Shown here one piece after another: positions 13,151 through 23,689 of a stretch of DNA of 64,000 nucleotides. This DNA is from Phoronis australis (Eukaryota; Animalia; Phoronida). How positions within the stretch are numbered: the stretch's first letter is position 1; every line of letters starts with the position of its first letter. The position numbers and the translations under genes are program-made. Location: assembly GCA_002633005.1 (NCBI GenBank), contig NMRA01000054.1:1162927-1226926 (forward strand). Direction: 5' to 3'. The notes below the pieces were generated by a model. It had not been told where the DNA came from. It saw only the letters and a list, made by a program, of their open reading frames with translations, and made no database searches.

Positions 13151-13554
13151 GTGTTGTCTACCTTTCTTTTCAATAGGACTAAAGAGACATGAATACAAGA
13201 CAGAATAAAATTTCTAAGCTCACCAAAAATGTTAATTCCCTGCATACGGTGGCGAAAAGGTGACAAGTCTTTTGATGTGTGCTCTGTCAGATAAAACCCA
13301 AAAAGAAGTTTTCTGCGCCCCCTTCAGTAGCGAAAATATTAGCACCATCTACAGGAAATGACTCACAAGTGTATCTGGACTTTACTATTGGGTAGGGAGG
13401 CATACGACATAACTTTGTCCGAAGGTAGGGTAGAATTTCACCCCTCTCTGATCATGACTTGTTTCACTTCTTTGGTGGTCAATTTACGACCCCCGTGTCC
13501 TCGCCTAATACGCCTATGGTTCCGATGTATCCGATGTAATTTTTTCACTTTCAG

Positions 13555-13776
13555 ATGACTGCAAAAGCAGTAACGCACAAAATGCTTATTCTGGTACTGC
13601 ACGACGGACAAGCCAGGGCGGAAAACCGTGCGTTGATTGGTATTACGGGATTACCAAGTTCCGTGAGCTTCCCGAAAACTTCTGTCGCAACCCGGACGGC
13701 AGGTCCTCCGGACCTTGGTGTTTTTCGAAGAAGGGCGGAGAGGAATGGTTGCCTTGTAACATTGCAAAATGTGGAA
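13555..13776 (+). CDS. Mosaic gene exon E: kringle domain, nested within FTP domain 1
   Basis: Acceptor tttttcactttcag|, donor |gtaagt, 222 nt, phase 1-1. Encodes DCKSSNAQNAYSGTARRTSQGGKPCVDWYYGITKFRELPENFCRNPDGRSSGPWCFSKKGGEEWLPCNIAKCG: 6 Cys with the NFCRNPD and GPWCF kringle signature. Confidence 0.92.
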
Positions 13777-14482
13777 GTAAGTGGGTTTCTTTCCTTGTCG
13801 AAGCACGTTTTGATATTACAATTTTTAGTACATTTATTCCCGATAACTCAAAGCGTTCTTTTCTCGCATGGCTACCTCTTCTAAACCGGGCTGCGGGATG
13901 GAGACCGGCAAAGTGGGGAGGTAGAAATCTATTACATGAAGTTCTGCAAGATATAGGTTGAAATAATATCCAGTCCTTTCTGTTAACACCTTTTTCTGTT
14001 GACTGTCATGGTTTAAGATCAACAATTCTTTCTTGATGTTGTATTTTCATACATTTTGATTTTTTCAGTACTTTGTATCGTCACATGAGTTTATTCTGCT
14101 GTGAAAAGAAAGAAAAGTAGACAAAAGATGTCCACTTTTATTTGTTGTTTCCGTAAGAGTTGAAATCTAGAGATAAGCACTTTTTTCGTTCAAGCCCAAG
14201 GGGGAGCTTCAGATACCGACAGAATACTCATCAGATAATTATTTGATAGGCATCACGATGTACAGTCTCTAAAAATGCCAGTTACACATATTTGAGAAAC
14301 AACAAGGTCAATAGATTTAATTATTGTATCCTGCACCATCTTTGCGTATCACAAACTTTCACCATAGCATCTCATTACTACACATCACCTTACTCTGTAG
14401 CAAGGATTGCTGTTGTGTAAAGAAAGTCCTACCTGCAAATGTTTGAATGCAGGCATAAGGGCCATTACGTTTCATACAAGGG

Positions 14483-15440
14483 TTGTACTTCGGGAGCAAG
14501 TTTTCGGTTATACAGAATTGGTTAAACGCACGACACTTTTCATTGCTCACAGTCTTTATTCCGTTACGTTCATACCTTCGGAACATAACTCTTCTCTCAA
14601 CTGAACATAGATTAAGTAACTGACCTAGCGACATAATTAAAAGACTCACGATATTTCGAAACATACTTGTTTCATTCTCAAGTGAAGATAAAATGACGCA
14701 GTAATGCCACCGCAGAGCATAAGCTGATGACACACACAGTGAGACACGGCGGGTGTGGAACACTGCAAAGAATGAGTAATGAACGGGGGTAACAGGAAAG
14801 TCACGCAAACAAGTGTAACGTGCGGCGCGACCCTGTTTGCTGCTCATTCAAAACAGGCTTCTTAAAAGCAATTAAAAGGGACTTTAATACTTTCAATCGC
14901 AGTACATCGTGCTCCACGTAGCGAATTGACGTGTTTTCCACAATTTCTTGACGGGTGATTTTACGTTCGTGACATTGCAGAAAATGATCTTGGATGGCGC
15001 CATTTTGAAGATGCATAGATAACCGACGGGAAAGATTGCAAACCGTTTGACCAATGTAACATTGTTTGACGTTTGAACGAAGACATTCGTTCATAGGGCA
15101 CACAAACTCATAAACAACACTACACTGTGCAACGGGGTGGACTTTCGCTTTAGAAATGTTATTTTTCATTAACAAGTTAGAGGACTTCCTATTCCGATAA
15201 ATAAATAATAACATCGAGGTAATCATCAGACTTACAAACTTTAACAATATATCTAATAATTTTCTTAATGGCGTGATCGTCCTGGAGGTAATTATTAGAC
15301 ATGACATTTTTGTAAAATATCTTTTTGGTCACGCCGGTCCGACGTGCAGGGACCTCATAGCTAATTCTGTCCACAAAAGCATTGGTGTACCCATTATTCA
15401 CCAGTGTTTGTAGATCGCATAAGACAAGCTGGTTGATAAT
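14483..15440 (-). mobile_element. 5'-truncated Penelope-like retroelement: RT tail, GIY-YIG endonuclease and pseudo-LTR with ORF restart
   Basis: ORF 14801-15307 has VVYEFVCP...CYIGQTVCNLSRRLSMH...IQDHF...LLIAFKKPVLNEQ (GIY-YIG), with LQTLVNNGY upstream. After the stop, a UTR leads to a new ORF start MSLGQLL...FNQFCITENLLPKY (ATG at 14634), the partial tandem layout typical of PLEs. Confidence 0.85.
14646..14685 (-). ncRNA. Minimal type I hammerhead ribozyme motif in the Penelope pseudo-LTR
   Basis: Minus strand reads UCAC-UUGAGAA-U-GAAACA-agua-UGUUUC-GAAA-ua-UC-GUGA. This gives stem I UCAC/GUGA, a U3-A8 variant of the CUGANGA core, a 6-bp stem II, GAAA and a UC cleavage site. Confidence 0.6.
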
Positions 15441-16028
15441 CGTGCCAGTCCCGGCGGCTGCGACGCCGGGGCCTGATCGGGTTCCGAGCCACTGGCTGGG
15501 ATAACGAGTCAGTCCGGCCGCGACAGGCCTGATCGGGTTCCGAGCCACTGGCCGGGATAACAAGCGTTTTGTGTGCTTAGAACTAAAAAAATCAATATAA
15601 ACAACACAGATGTAGGTTCTCCTGTCTGTATTTCACGGAAGAACACTTCGAATTTATCTCCGAACAGACCCCAAACTCCTGCTACGGACCTGGGTAAATT
15701 GGCCTGCCGAACTTTGTAGGCTACGGATACCAGTAAATCCGTAACAACGAAATGAAACAACACGTTTTTATAAGAACTCTGTGTATTTTAAGGGTTTTAC
15801 ATCGAAGTTTGATGATTTATTGGTGTTAAACGATGAATTCAAGCGAGAAGCTGACACCAGTAACCCGTGGTGTGAACTACTCACTGAAACCAATAACGTC
15901 ATTGGATAATTTCAACACCTCCGTCTGCCGTCAGGTGTCAGGTAACGCAACCGAACGTGCCGTTCTCGAGTAGAACTACTCGATCTAAATTGATACAAAA
16001 TAGGTTGTTTTTTGGGTGGTATTCTCCT
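15441..16028. mobile_element. One arm of a TTAA-flanked non-autonomous DNA transposon; the other end is lost at the Penelope junction
   Basis: Ends ...gggtggtattctcct|ttaa and is the reverse complement of ~29650-30220. Contains a duplicated ggcctgatcgggttccgagccactggc unit. Confidence 0.75.
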
Positions 16029-16037
16029 TTAACAGAA

Positions 16038-16870
16038 GTCGACCCCACACCCCGCGACCCACAGCCCCCACGACCCACAGCCCCCACGACCCACAACCCC
16101 CTCGACCCGCTACCAGACGACCAGTGGCATTTGCGCTTTTTACACATTTCATAATCATATTACGTCAGTGAATGACTTTATCACGCGAATCTTCTATGGA
16201 TCAAGTCTGGTGGTTAAAAATATAATGTGGCGTGAGACCGTGATCAGAAATATACGATTATGAGCGTGCTTCTGATTGTTGTCTCGGAAATAGTTCCACG
16301 AGTGGAAACCAATGGCCTTGTTCCACTAAAATTTCGAATACGTACATAATTTCACGTTTTTATTATTTGCTAACTGTTGTGTACTCGTTTACAGTATACT
16401 GCATTCAACATTGAGATACGTTTATATTTAACTGTTTTTTCAAACCCTGTTTACTGCACGTCGGTTCCACGCACTCTTCCAAAAAGCTTGATTTTGCCAT
16501 TCACAAAGAGCAGACGATACGATTACATTCTACCGGGAACGACATTTGTAACGTTGGTAGGTCTTTGATTTCCTGGCGCCGTTTTTTTCGTTTTTGGCTT
16601 TCAGACTTCCCGAATCGACTCTCTTAATTGCAGAAAACAGAGAAATGCCAGCCGAGCTCACGGCCCGACTGGTTGGTCCTGCAAGTCAGCGCTTGTTCTA
16701 TGTTCAGATAGAGTCGAACTTGTGTAGAGTGGGTCAAGGGCGCTGTGGGTCGTGTGTTGAGGGCGCTGTAGGTCGTGCGTCAATGGGTCGTGAGTCCTGG
16801 GTATCGGGGGTCGTGGGGATCGTAAGGTGTGGGGGTCGAAAGGGTCAAGGGGGGTTTCAAAATAACCCAG
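16038..16870. mobile_element. TIR-type repeat with subterminal GACCCAC/GTGGGTCG arrays
   Basis: C-rich cgacccac repeats at 16040-16110 face G-rich gggtcg repeats at 16730-16860. Same motif family as 60250-61352. Confidence 0.5.
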
Positions 16871-18861
16871 TACTACCATATTACTGTCGGCAGTATGTCA
16901 CGGTGTATTCAGTGGTCGTATTCACCCCAATGTGGGACAATTATAGGATATCCCATGTACATGGGAATACTACTTCCATATCCTATCGAGAATTCATTTC
17001 ATCTGGGAATGTCCCAACGAGACCGAAGAAGTCCAGATAGGATATCGCAGTATTCTTCATATGTATGTTGGATAATCTATTTATCCCATATATTTGGATT
17101 TATTTGCATCATCGTGGCAATACCTTGTTGCCGTGTGATCCGGTTTGTTGTTATATGACGTCATATGTATGCCAAGCACGGTTCCAAAACTGGTTAAGCT
17201 GCAACACAGTCTGTGAAAGTGTTGAATTTACCAGTACAGTTTTATTTCGTAATTAATTGATCGGAATTTTCTTGATTGTGAAATATACAAGTTAAAACAC
17301 TGAACCATTCAATTACGTCAAAAGTTTGTCGGAAACTTAGAAACAATCCATCCGGGAATATAAAAGTTGAAACATTCCCTGAACTGAGTTGTTTGCAACA
17401 GCTTGTGGTTTTAGCTTCGGTGAATTTCTTAGTTTTTTGGTCTTTTTTCATGTCTTAGCTCCTGGACTGTACATTGTAATAGAAGCATTTCCCTGGGTTG
17501 ATCACAGCATTGGAAAATAACTGTGGAAATCGTGCTGATTCGCAGACCTTGAGCTAAGGACTATCGCAAAGCAGACAAAGTTTTACGCCACGGCCGGCAG
17601 CCGAAAGTTGAACGCTTGGAGCAGATGATTGCCTCAATAAAAAAGCACACACTCGTTATTAGGTCTTGATTTTCTGTACAGACCTTAGATCTCAGGATAG
17701 ATATACTGTATGCATCCGGAATGAAAACTTTTTGTTTGGATTTGAAAAAGATGTTGACAGATTTTACTAGCCGGTGACCTTACATAGTTTGACCTAGTTA
17801 TATGTATGATGACCCAGATTGAAACTTCAGCGAGGCCCCAAAACAGCCGCATGATCACCGTGCGTCGTAATTTTCATCGGTAAATCTTTTCTGCTTTGAG
17901 AGGAATAAAACTGCTTTTTCAGGAGCGATGACTTGAATTAATGATTAAGATAACCCAATTGATTGAGCCCAATAAAATTTGGCGTTGTACACGCGGATTT
18001 ACTCCACCAGCAGACTGCACACCAACCGTGAAATACGGCTTCTACCGTTGAATACGGCTTCTGTCGTGATATACGGATTGGCTCTACTTTCCCCCTTACA
18101 TCACAGTTGAATACGTCACATATACATTGGCCATATTTTCATATATATGGGAAAAATATAAATACACATGCAAAAATACACATATGTATATCTATATCCA
18201 AATAAGGAATATTTCGTAAAAGTTTTGTCGTTTAGTTCAATTAATGTTACAGCCAAAAGTGGTATCATACAGCGATTGTCTTCACCTGTCACATGACAAC
18301 CTAGCCAACATTATGTTGTTGTCTACACCAAATTGTTTCCAGGCGGGGGAATTTTATCCCTGTCATCGTTAAACACTAATGAGATCTGATTTATTGTTGT
18401 AATCAGCAATATATTTCTATTGTGTAGGTTCTTAAATTAAGTACCGGTACATCTGCTTTATTGAAAAAGTGGTGGCAATGGAGTGATTTCCACTTAATAA
18501 ACGCTGGACGAAGGATGTGGTATCGGGTTGTCTGTGAATGATAGGGAAAAACAATGAATTTATGTAGTGATACTCTCATGAAATCTCAAAACTTTTAATT
18601 TTTGAGAATTAGGAATGCACCACATAACCCTCAGGCATGTCCTCGAGAAAAAGCGCAGCATTTTAAATCGATGTTGTTGGTTCTTTCGTTGTGTTATTAG
18701 CGATACGATTCTCATACATTAAATTTTCTATTTCTATTGCCATTTTAGGAGTCCAAAAGTTTATTGTAGCAAAGATACTCGCATCCTTTACTCCTCTCGG
18801 CTCATGTTCAATACATTTGACGAAATGCGTCGGGATAATTTCGTGCAATAATTCTTTTCAG

Positions 18862-19071
18862 AAACCGACGATGCCAACCAATTCAGTCTCATTCTCGGAG
18901 GCGTGAAGCTCTGGTGGAGGTGTAATGATTACAAAACATCAGAACCTCCGTACCTCAAGACGCTATCAATCGACTGCAATTCCTTAATGCTTGCAAGGCA
19001 TGTTAAAATTCAATCAAGGAGCCAATCAAAGTTTTTGCGCTTCTGTGAAGTTGATGTGAGAGCCGTTCATG
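18862..19071 (+). CDS. Mosaic gene exon F: F-type lectin domain 1, C-terminal half
   Basis: Acceptor attcttttcag|, donor |gtaatt, 210 nt, phase 1-1. Encodes TDDANQFSLILGGVKLWWRCNDYKTSEPPYLKTLSIDCNSLMLARHVKIQSRSQSKFLRFCEVDVRAVH, matching the FTP C-terminal C..C...(G/A)R.V.I...L..CEV.V pattern. Confidence 0.88.
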
Positions 19072-19892
19072 GTAATTAACCTACGTGTTGTTAAGTTTGC
19101 ACTGTGTTAAGATGTTTCAATAGTTTGAGTGATAATGCGAATGTCGAACAGTTCTGTGTACCGTTGGTGGAAGGTACCAATGCCATCCCCTCATCAGCCC
19201 TAATTAAACAACCCCCCTGCTCGTTACAAACGTTGCGCTGTCCTTAACCGCAACGACAAGGGTAACATATCTTGTGTGGAAAATGTAACCTCGTACATAA
19301 GCCATCGCAAAAGCGTGGGTCATTATGCACGTGAAATGAAAGCTTATGACCAAAATAGCGCAACGCCGTAGGATACTTTTCATGGGTCTGGCGTGTTTTG
19401 ATAAAACCTATAGTTCTTTTTCAATTTCAATAATTTTGAATTACGTGAATTTTAGTTCTTTTCGAAATGTTAAAGCTTACCCTGATTTCGAAAAGACAAC
19501 TTGCAATCCTTTGTCGTCACATAATCTATGAGCCTTCTAGTGTTTTGTGCCGCGCCTCGGTACTTGCAAATTTTCTGTGATATTCTATGTTTTCTGCAAT
19601 CTAAATTGGTACTTAAGTGAGCAAGACCTTAATATGTTTTTGAAATCCTCTAACTCTATCCCTGGAAAGCCATCTTCGATCTCTAGCTGGTGAGATTGCG
19701 CAAGCATAGGTGGAATTCGTTTGCACTCATTTGTTGCGTGTTTGTTCTACGTATGGAACTTATTATCACTGAAACTTTTCGCAACTTCGGGGTTTTTCAA
19801 CCGAATTTGCACAAAAGTCATATCACAAGAAAGCCCTTTTTCAGTTACTGATGGTCTAGGATTTTCCCAGAAGCTGATAATAAACAGTTTAA

Positions 19893-22796
19893 AGGAGAAT
19901 ACCACCCGATTTAATTATTTTTTTGCCGTCTTAATCGGTCTATATCCACATCGCCTCGCATACGGTCGACCTTACATTGCCAAGAGGTGTCGCGTTAACC
20001 TGTGAGGAAGGTGAGAAACGACGCTAGCGACGTCAGCGGTTCATATGCAGAGGAGTGAATGCCGCTATGTTGCGGTGCATCGTTCCCGCTTGTCCGAACT
20101 AAGCAGCTGCGAGGAAAGCGGGTAGGCCTATATCGTTTTTTTACTTCCTCTAGAGTCCGAAATGCTTAGGAAGTGGCTCATGGTAGTGAAGAATGAAATG
20201 TACGCAGTAAATAGCAAGTATGAGACCGTGAAACATCTCCGTGTCTGTGGCCTGCAGACGTCGACAGCCGTGCCTTACGAATGCCGGCTTACCAAATAAC
20301 TCCATACGTTCCGTTGTCTGAGCTTGTTCACGGCGCCTCTCTAGTATTTCTTCATCACAGTATTCCTGTTCGAATTGATAGCCTGTAAAACTTATCGATC
20401 CACCTGCGAAGTCGGGACTGATGAGCTCTACCTCGTCCTAAGTCGGCTCGGGGATTGCGAGTTGCCATGTTGGCGTTTATTACAGCTGAGTGAGCGTTCT
20501 GTTTCAAAATGAATTATTCTCACCCTAACGTAGAAAATATATCTGAAACTAAATAAGGCGATCCAGATCCTCCCAAGGATACTATTGTTTCGTGAAATGA
20601 AGAATATAAATCGGTAAATAAAACAACAAGAATGGATCAACTGAAATTTGAAATTTTCGGAGGTAACAACTTCCTTTATCAACAAAAACAGAAATAAAGT
20701 AAAATCAAACACGAAATGACAATTGACATATAAGATATGGTGTAATGAAAATGATACATTTTTGCGTAAAAAATTCAATGACATATTTTAAGTTTTTATG
20801 TTCAATCCATGAGGTTCTATTGTATTCAGTTTGTCTATCCAATATTGTTCTCTTTTAAGTCTGTGAGGGGTACTGGGGTGTTGGAGTTTTTCTATTATTT
20901 GTACAGAAANCATGCTCACCAACAAGGATTATTTGTGTAGCAGTCAGATATAGTTCGTATGGATACACAGACACTCCACTGTCACATTGTCTTATGGTAA
21001 ATAAGTACTGCGATTCACATTTCTCCAGGGCCACTGACTTGCACATTGTGCCATGCAGCACTGCTGGTGTGTGGAAGTGCTGTGGGAACAGAACGGAGTA
21101 ACAAAGCGTGTCTATGATACAGCTTGAAGTGGCCTTAAAATGTCACTGAACCTGGAATAAATATTGAAATATGAATAATTAAGTACTCCAGATTGGATCA
21201 AAAATGTCATCCCTGTTTTTCAAAAATATATGGTGATTGGTCTACAGTTTCATATAAAAGTAAATAATTACTATTTTCAGAAACCAAGGGTGTATATAAT
21301 GAGTATTGCATAAAACTGTCTCTTTATTTTTTATCCCTAGCCATAACAATTCTTTAAACGCATCACTTGTGTGTAAAATATACAAATTTTTTGAGACAAC
21401 TTCAAACCTTTGTTACCCATTTTCAACCCTTTTTAAATTTGATACTTTCAGCAATTTTAAACTCAGATTACAGGTTCATGGGTCTGTCAAGCATACTTCT
21501 AGCCTAGGGTTGAGGGAACCGTTTTTCTTCTAATAGAAGATATAAAGTCATTTAAAAATGATGGATAATCTTTCTGTTGTTTAAGAGTAATTACAAATCG
21601 TAAGGCACCATCAAAAATGCAATTTTCCCAAAAAAGGCAGTCATTTGAATTTATAACGACTTGCAACATTTCAAGGCATGATTTAAGACTATTCAGTCAC
21701 TGTGAATTCAGAAAATGTAATATATTTTCGTGGTTTTACAAATGATACAAGTAGCAAAACAGTTTCATGAAATCAACTTGAAGGGACTTCGTGAAGGTTA
21801 AGAATTACCTCACCATGCTCTTTTCCCCAAACATGTATTACCTGTTATTTCCACACATTCAGTTGTACCAAATATTACAACCCCCATGCCAATGCCCCCT
21901 CGGGACCTGAATAAGTAATTAACAAAATGACTTTAAAAATAGCTGTTCCTTTTCAAAGGCTTTGTCCGTTGTCTCCAATATTGAAAGTAGGCTTTGACAA
22001 CAGATCTGCACAGGATGGGAAGATCTTGTTGGTTAGCTGCAGTCAAATGCTAAAAAACAATTTTTGTCCATTCAGGGACGGTACAGAAGCGATGCATATC
22101 TCCTCTGCACGGTACAAGCCTTCAAACCTAAAAAACAAAGGTTACGTGAAAACTGACGTGATAGATTTCCATTTCAATGTGTAATAGATGTCCATAAGAC
22201 ATATGATAGGGAGTAAACAAATAGTCTAATGCAATGGATATTTATCACTCACGTACCCTTTGGCATTGGGATTGGATTGTAATCTTAACTCATTAACCTG
22301 TATCGAGTTGACAGCATAAACATTCAGCATTGATTGATGTAACTGTCACTGATAAACTTTTAGAAATCATCCCAAACAATAATAATGCTTTGATGTACGA
22401 AAAGATCCCGATTGTTACGTCAAGTATCGTATCACATATCACAGCATACAAAGATTAACCAGACTCTGGCTGGCGACTGACTGCCGCGAAATCGACATCG
22501 GCGAGTGCCTCAGTTAACAGGCATTGGTAGAATAATCATGGAATAATCGTTAAAATAATCACAAACCTTACCTTTGTATGAGGTCGTGCTTACTTCCTCT
22601 CATAGAAGCACCCCTTTTACGCAATCTCAGATTCAGTTGGCACGGCTTCAAGCCATTTCACCATGTATTTAAAGGGCTCGCGAAATCGAGGCTGTAAATC
22701 TATCACCACTAGTACACGCACGCCCTGTCGTTATTGTAGATTTTCCGAATAGCCCCATTGATACAAATTAGGTTGTTTTTTGAGTGGCATGCTCCT
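19893..22796. mobile_element. Internally deleted two-gene DNA transposon (ISL2EU/IS4EU- or Kolobok-like): THAP remnant on +, spliced SAP...YqaJ nuclease remnant on -
   Basis: Ends ttaa|aggagaataccacccga ... tgagtggcatgctcct|ttaa. THAP pieces MLRCIVPACPN...LPLESEMLRKWL...HLRVCGL at ~20068-20255. Minus-strand SAP-like LKPCQLNLRLRKRGASMRGSKHDLIQR|gt at 22572-22651, and YqaJ-like TPAVLHGTMCKSVALEKCE...GVSVYP...YLTAT at ~20911-21151. Confidence 0.7.
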
Positions 22797-23279
22797 TTAA
22801 TTCGTAAATTACCTGCAAACATCTGGCGTAACGACGCCAGTCTTGTCGTCAAGTGGGAGCCCTTCTTCCTGGGCTGTTTCGACACCGTCTACAACAACAT
22901 CCATTTGAGTCAGCTGAGATGATCAGTATGATCACAGAACTGTACATTAGAATTTTTATTTTATTCCTAGGCTAGTTCCCTTCAACAATTTCAGGGACGT
23001 CAGAGCTTTCCTTTCTCATGTAGCGTTTTTCATTCTCCACAACCACTGCGATGTTTTTTATACTTGAATAACTTGACTAGGAGCCGTATTGACATCTATC
23101 GGATAATACGCTAACTAAATCATTGAATATCTCTCTTGGCGTTAAAGAAAACAACATTAACACAACTAAAAACACAAAAGAAAAGTAACGCGGGTATGTC
23201 TGTGGTGAAAAATCACTCATAATGTCTTAACCATGTGAAAATACATGGCAGTAAAAACAACAGTCCAATATAAAAGTCC

Positions 23280-23600
23280 TTCAAAGTTCGCATTACCAGT
23301 CTTGAAGGCGGTTTATTGGTCGTCCTGATCGCGTACGATATCGCTCTTGGACATCTGATGTTGGGGCAGGTTCTGTCGACATCACTGGACTGGCAGCGGG
23401 CTGTGGTTGGGGTGTACACCGAGGCGGATGTGGAACCAATGTGTCCTTCGTTGCTTCGTCGTTGGCATAGGATTTTCGCAGAAGCTGGCGATTGCACACA
23501 AAAGAGTAACCACCTGAACGTCGCACCTCGTATTCTCTATTGGAAAGGCGTTTGGTTACAGTTGCGGGTTTCCATTTCAAATGAACTCGCTGAATGGGTT
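23280..23600 (-). mobile_element. Gypsy integrase C-terminal fragment
   Basis: KWKPATVTKRLSNREYEVRRSGGYSFVCNRQLLRK...RYRTRSGRPI matches the W..A.V...R.Y.V...RNR..L...TRSGR tail of Gypsy pol. Confidence 0.6.
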
Positions 23601-23689
23601 GCATACGAACAGTTTCACATAGCTGGAGGATAAAAAAGTCTCTTCGGTGTGGATTAAGGCGGTCAGCAGTAAATGACTTCTTTTTTTTC

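Noticed and set aside
13555-13884. 109-aa ORF starting at an ATG at 13555
   Set aside because: Wrong frame; the real coding frame is the phase-1 kringle exon at the same position.
15441-15560. Short direct repeats with spacers, superficially CRISPR-like
   Set aside because: Only two units, inside a eukaryotic transposon arm, and no cas genes; the window is spliceosomal-intron animal DNA.
22860-22922. FFLGCFD, resembling a WSC domain start
   Set aside because: It runs into a stop within ~15 codons and lacks the remaining cysteines.
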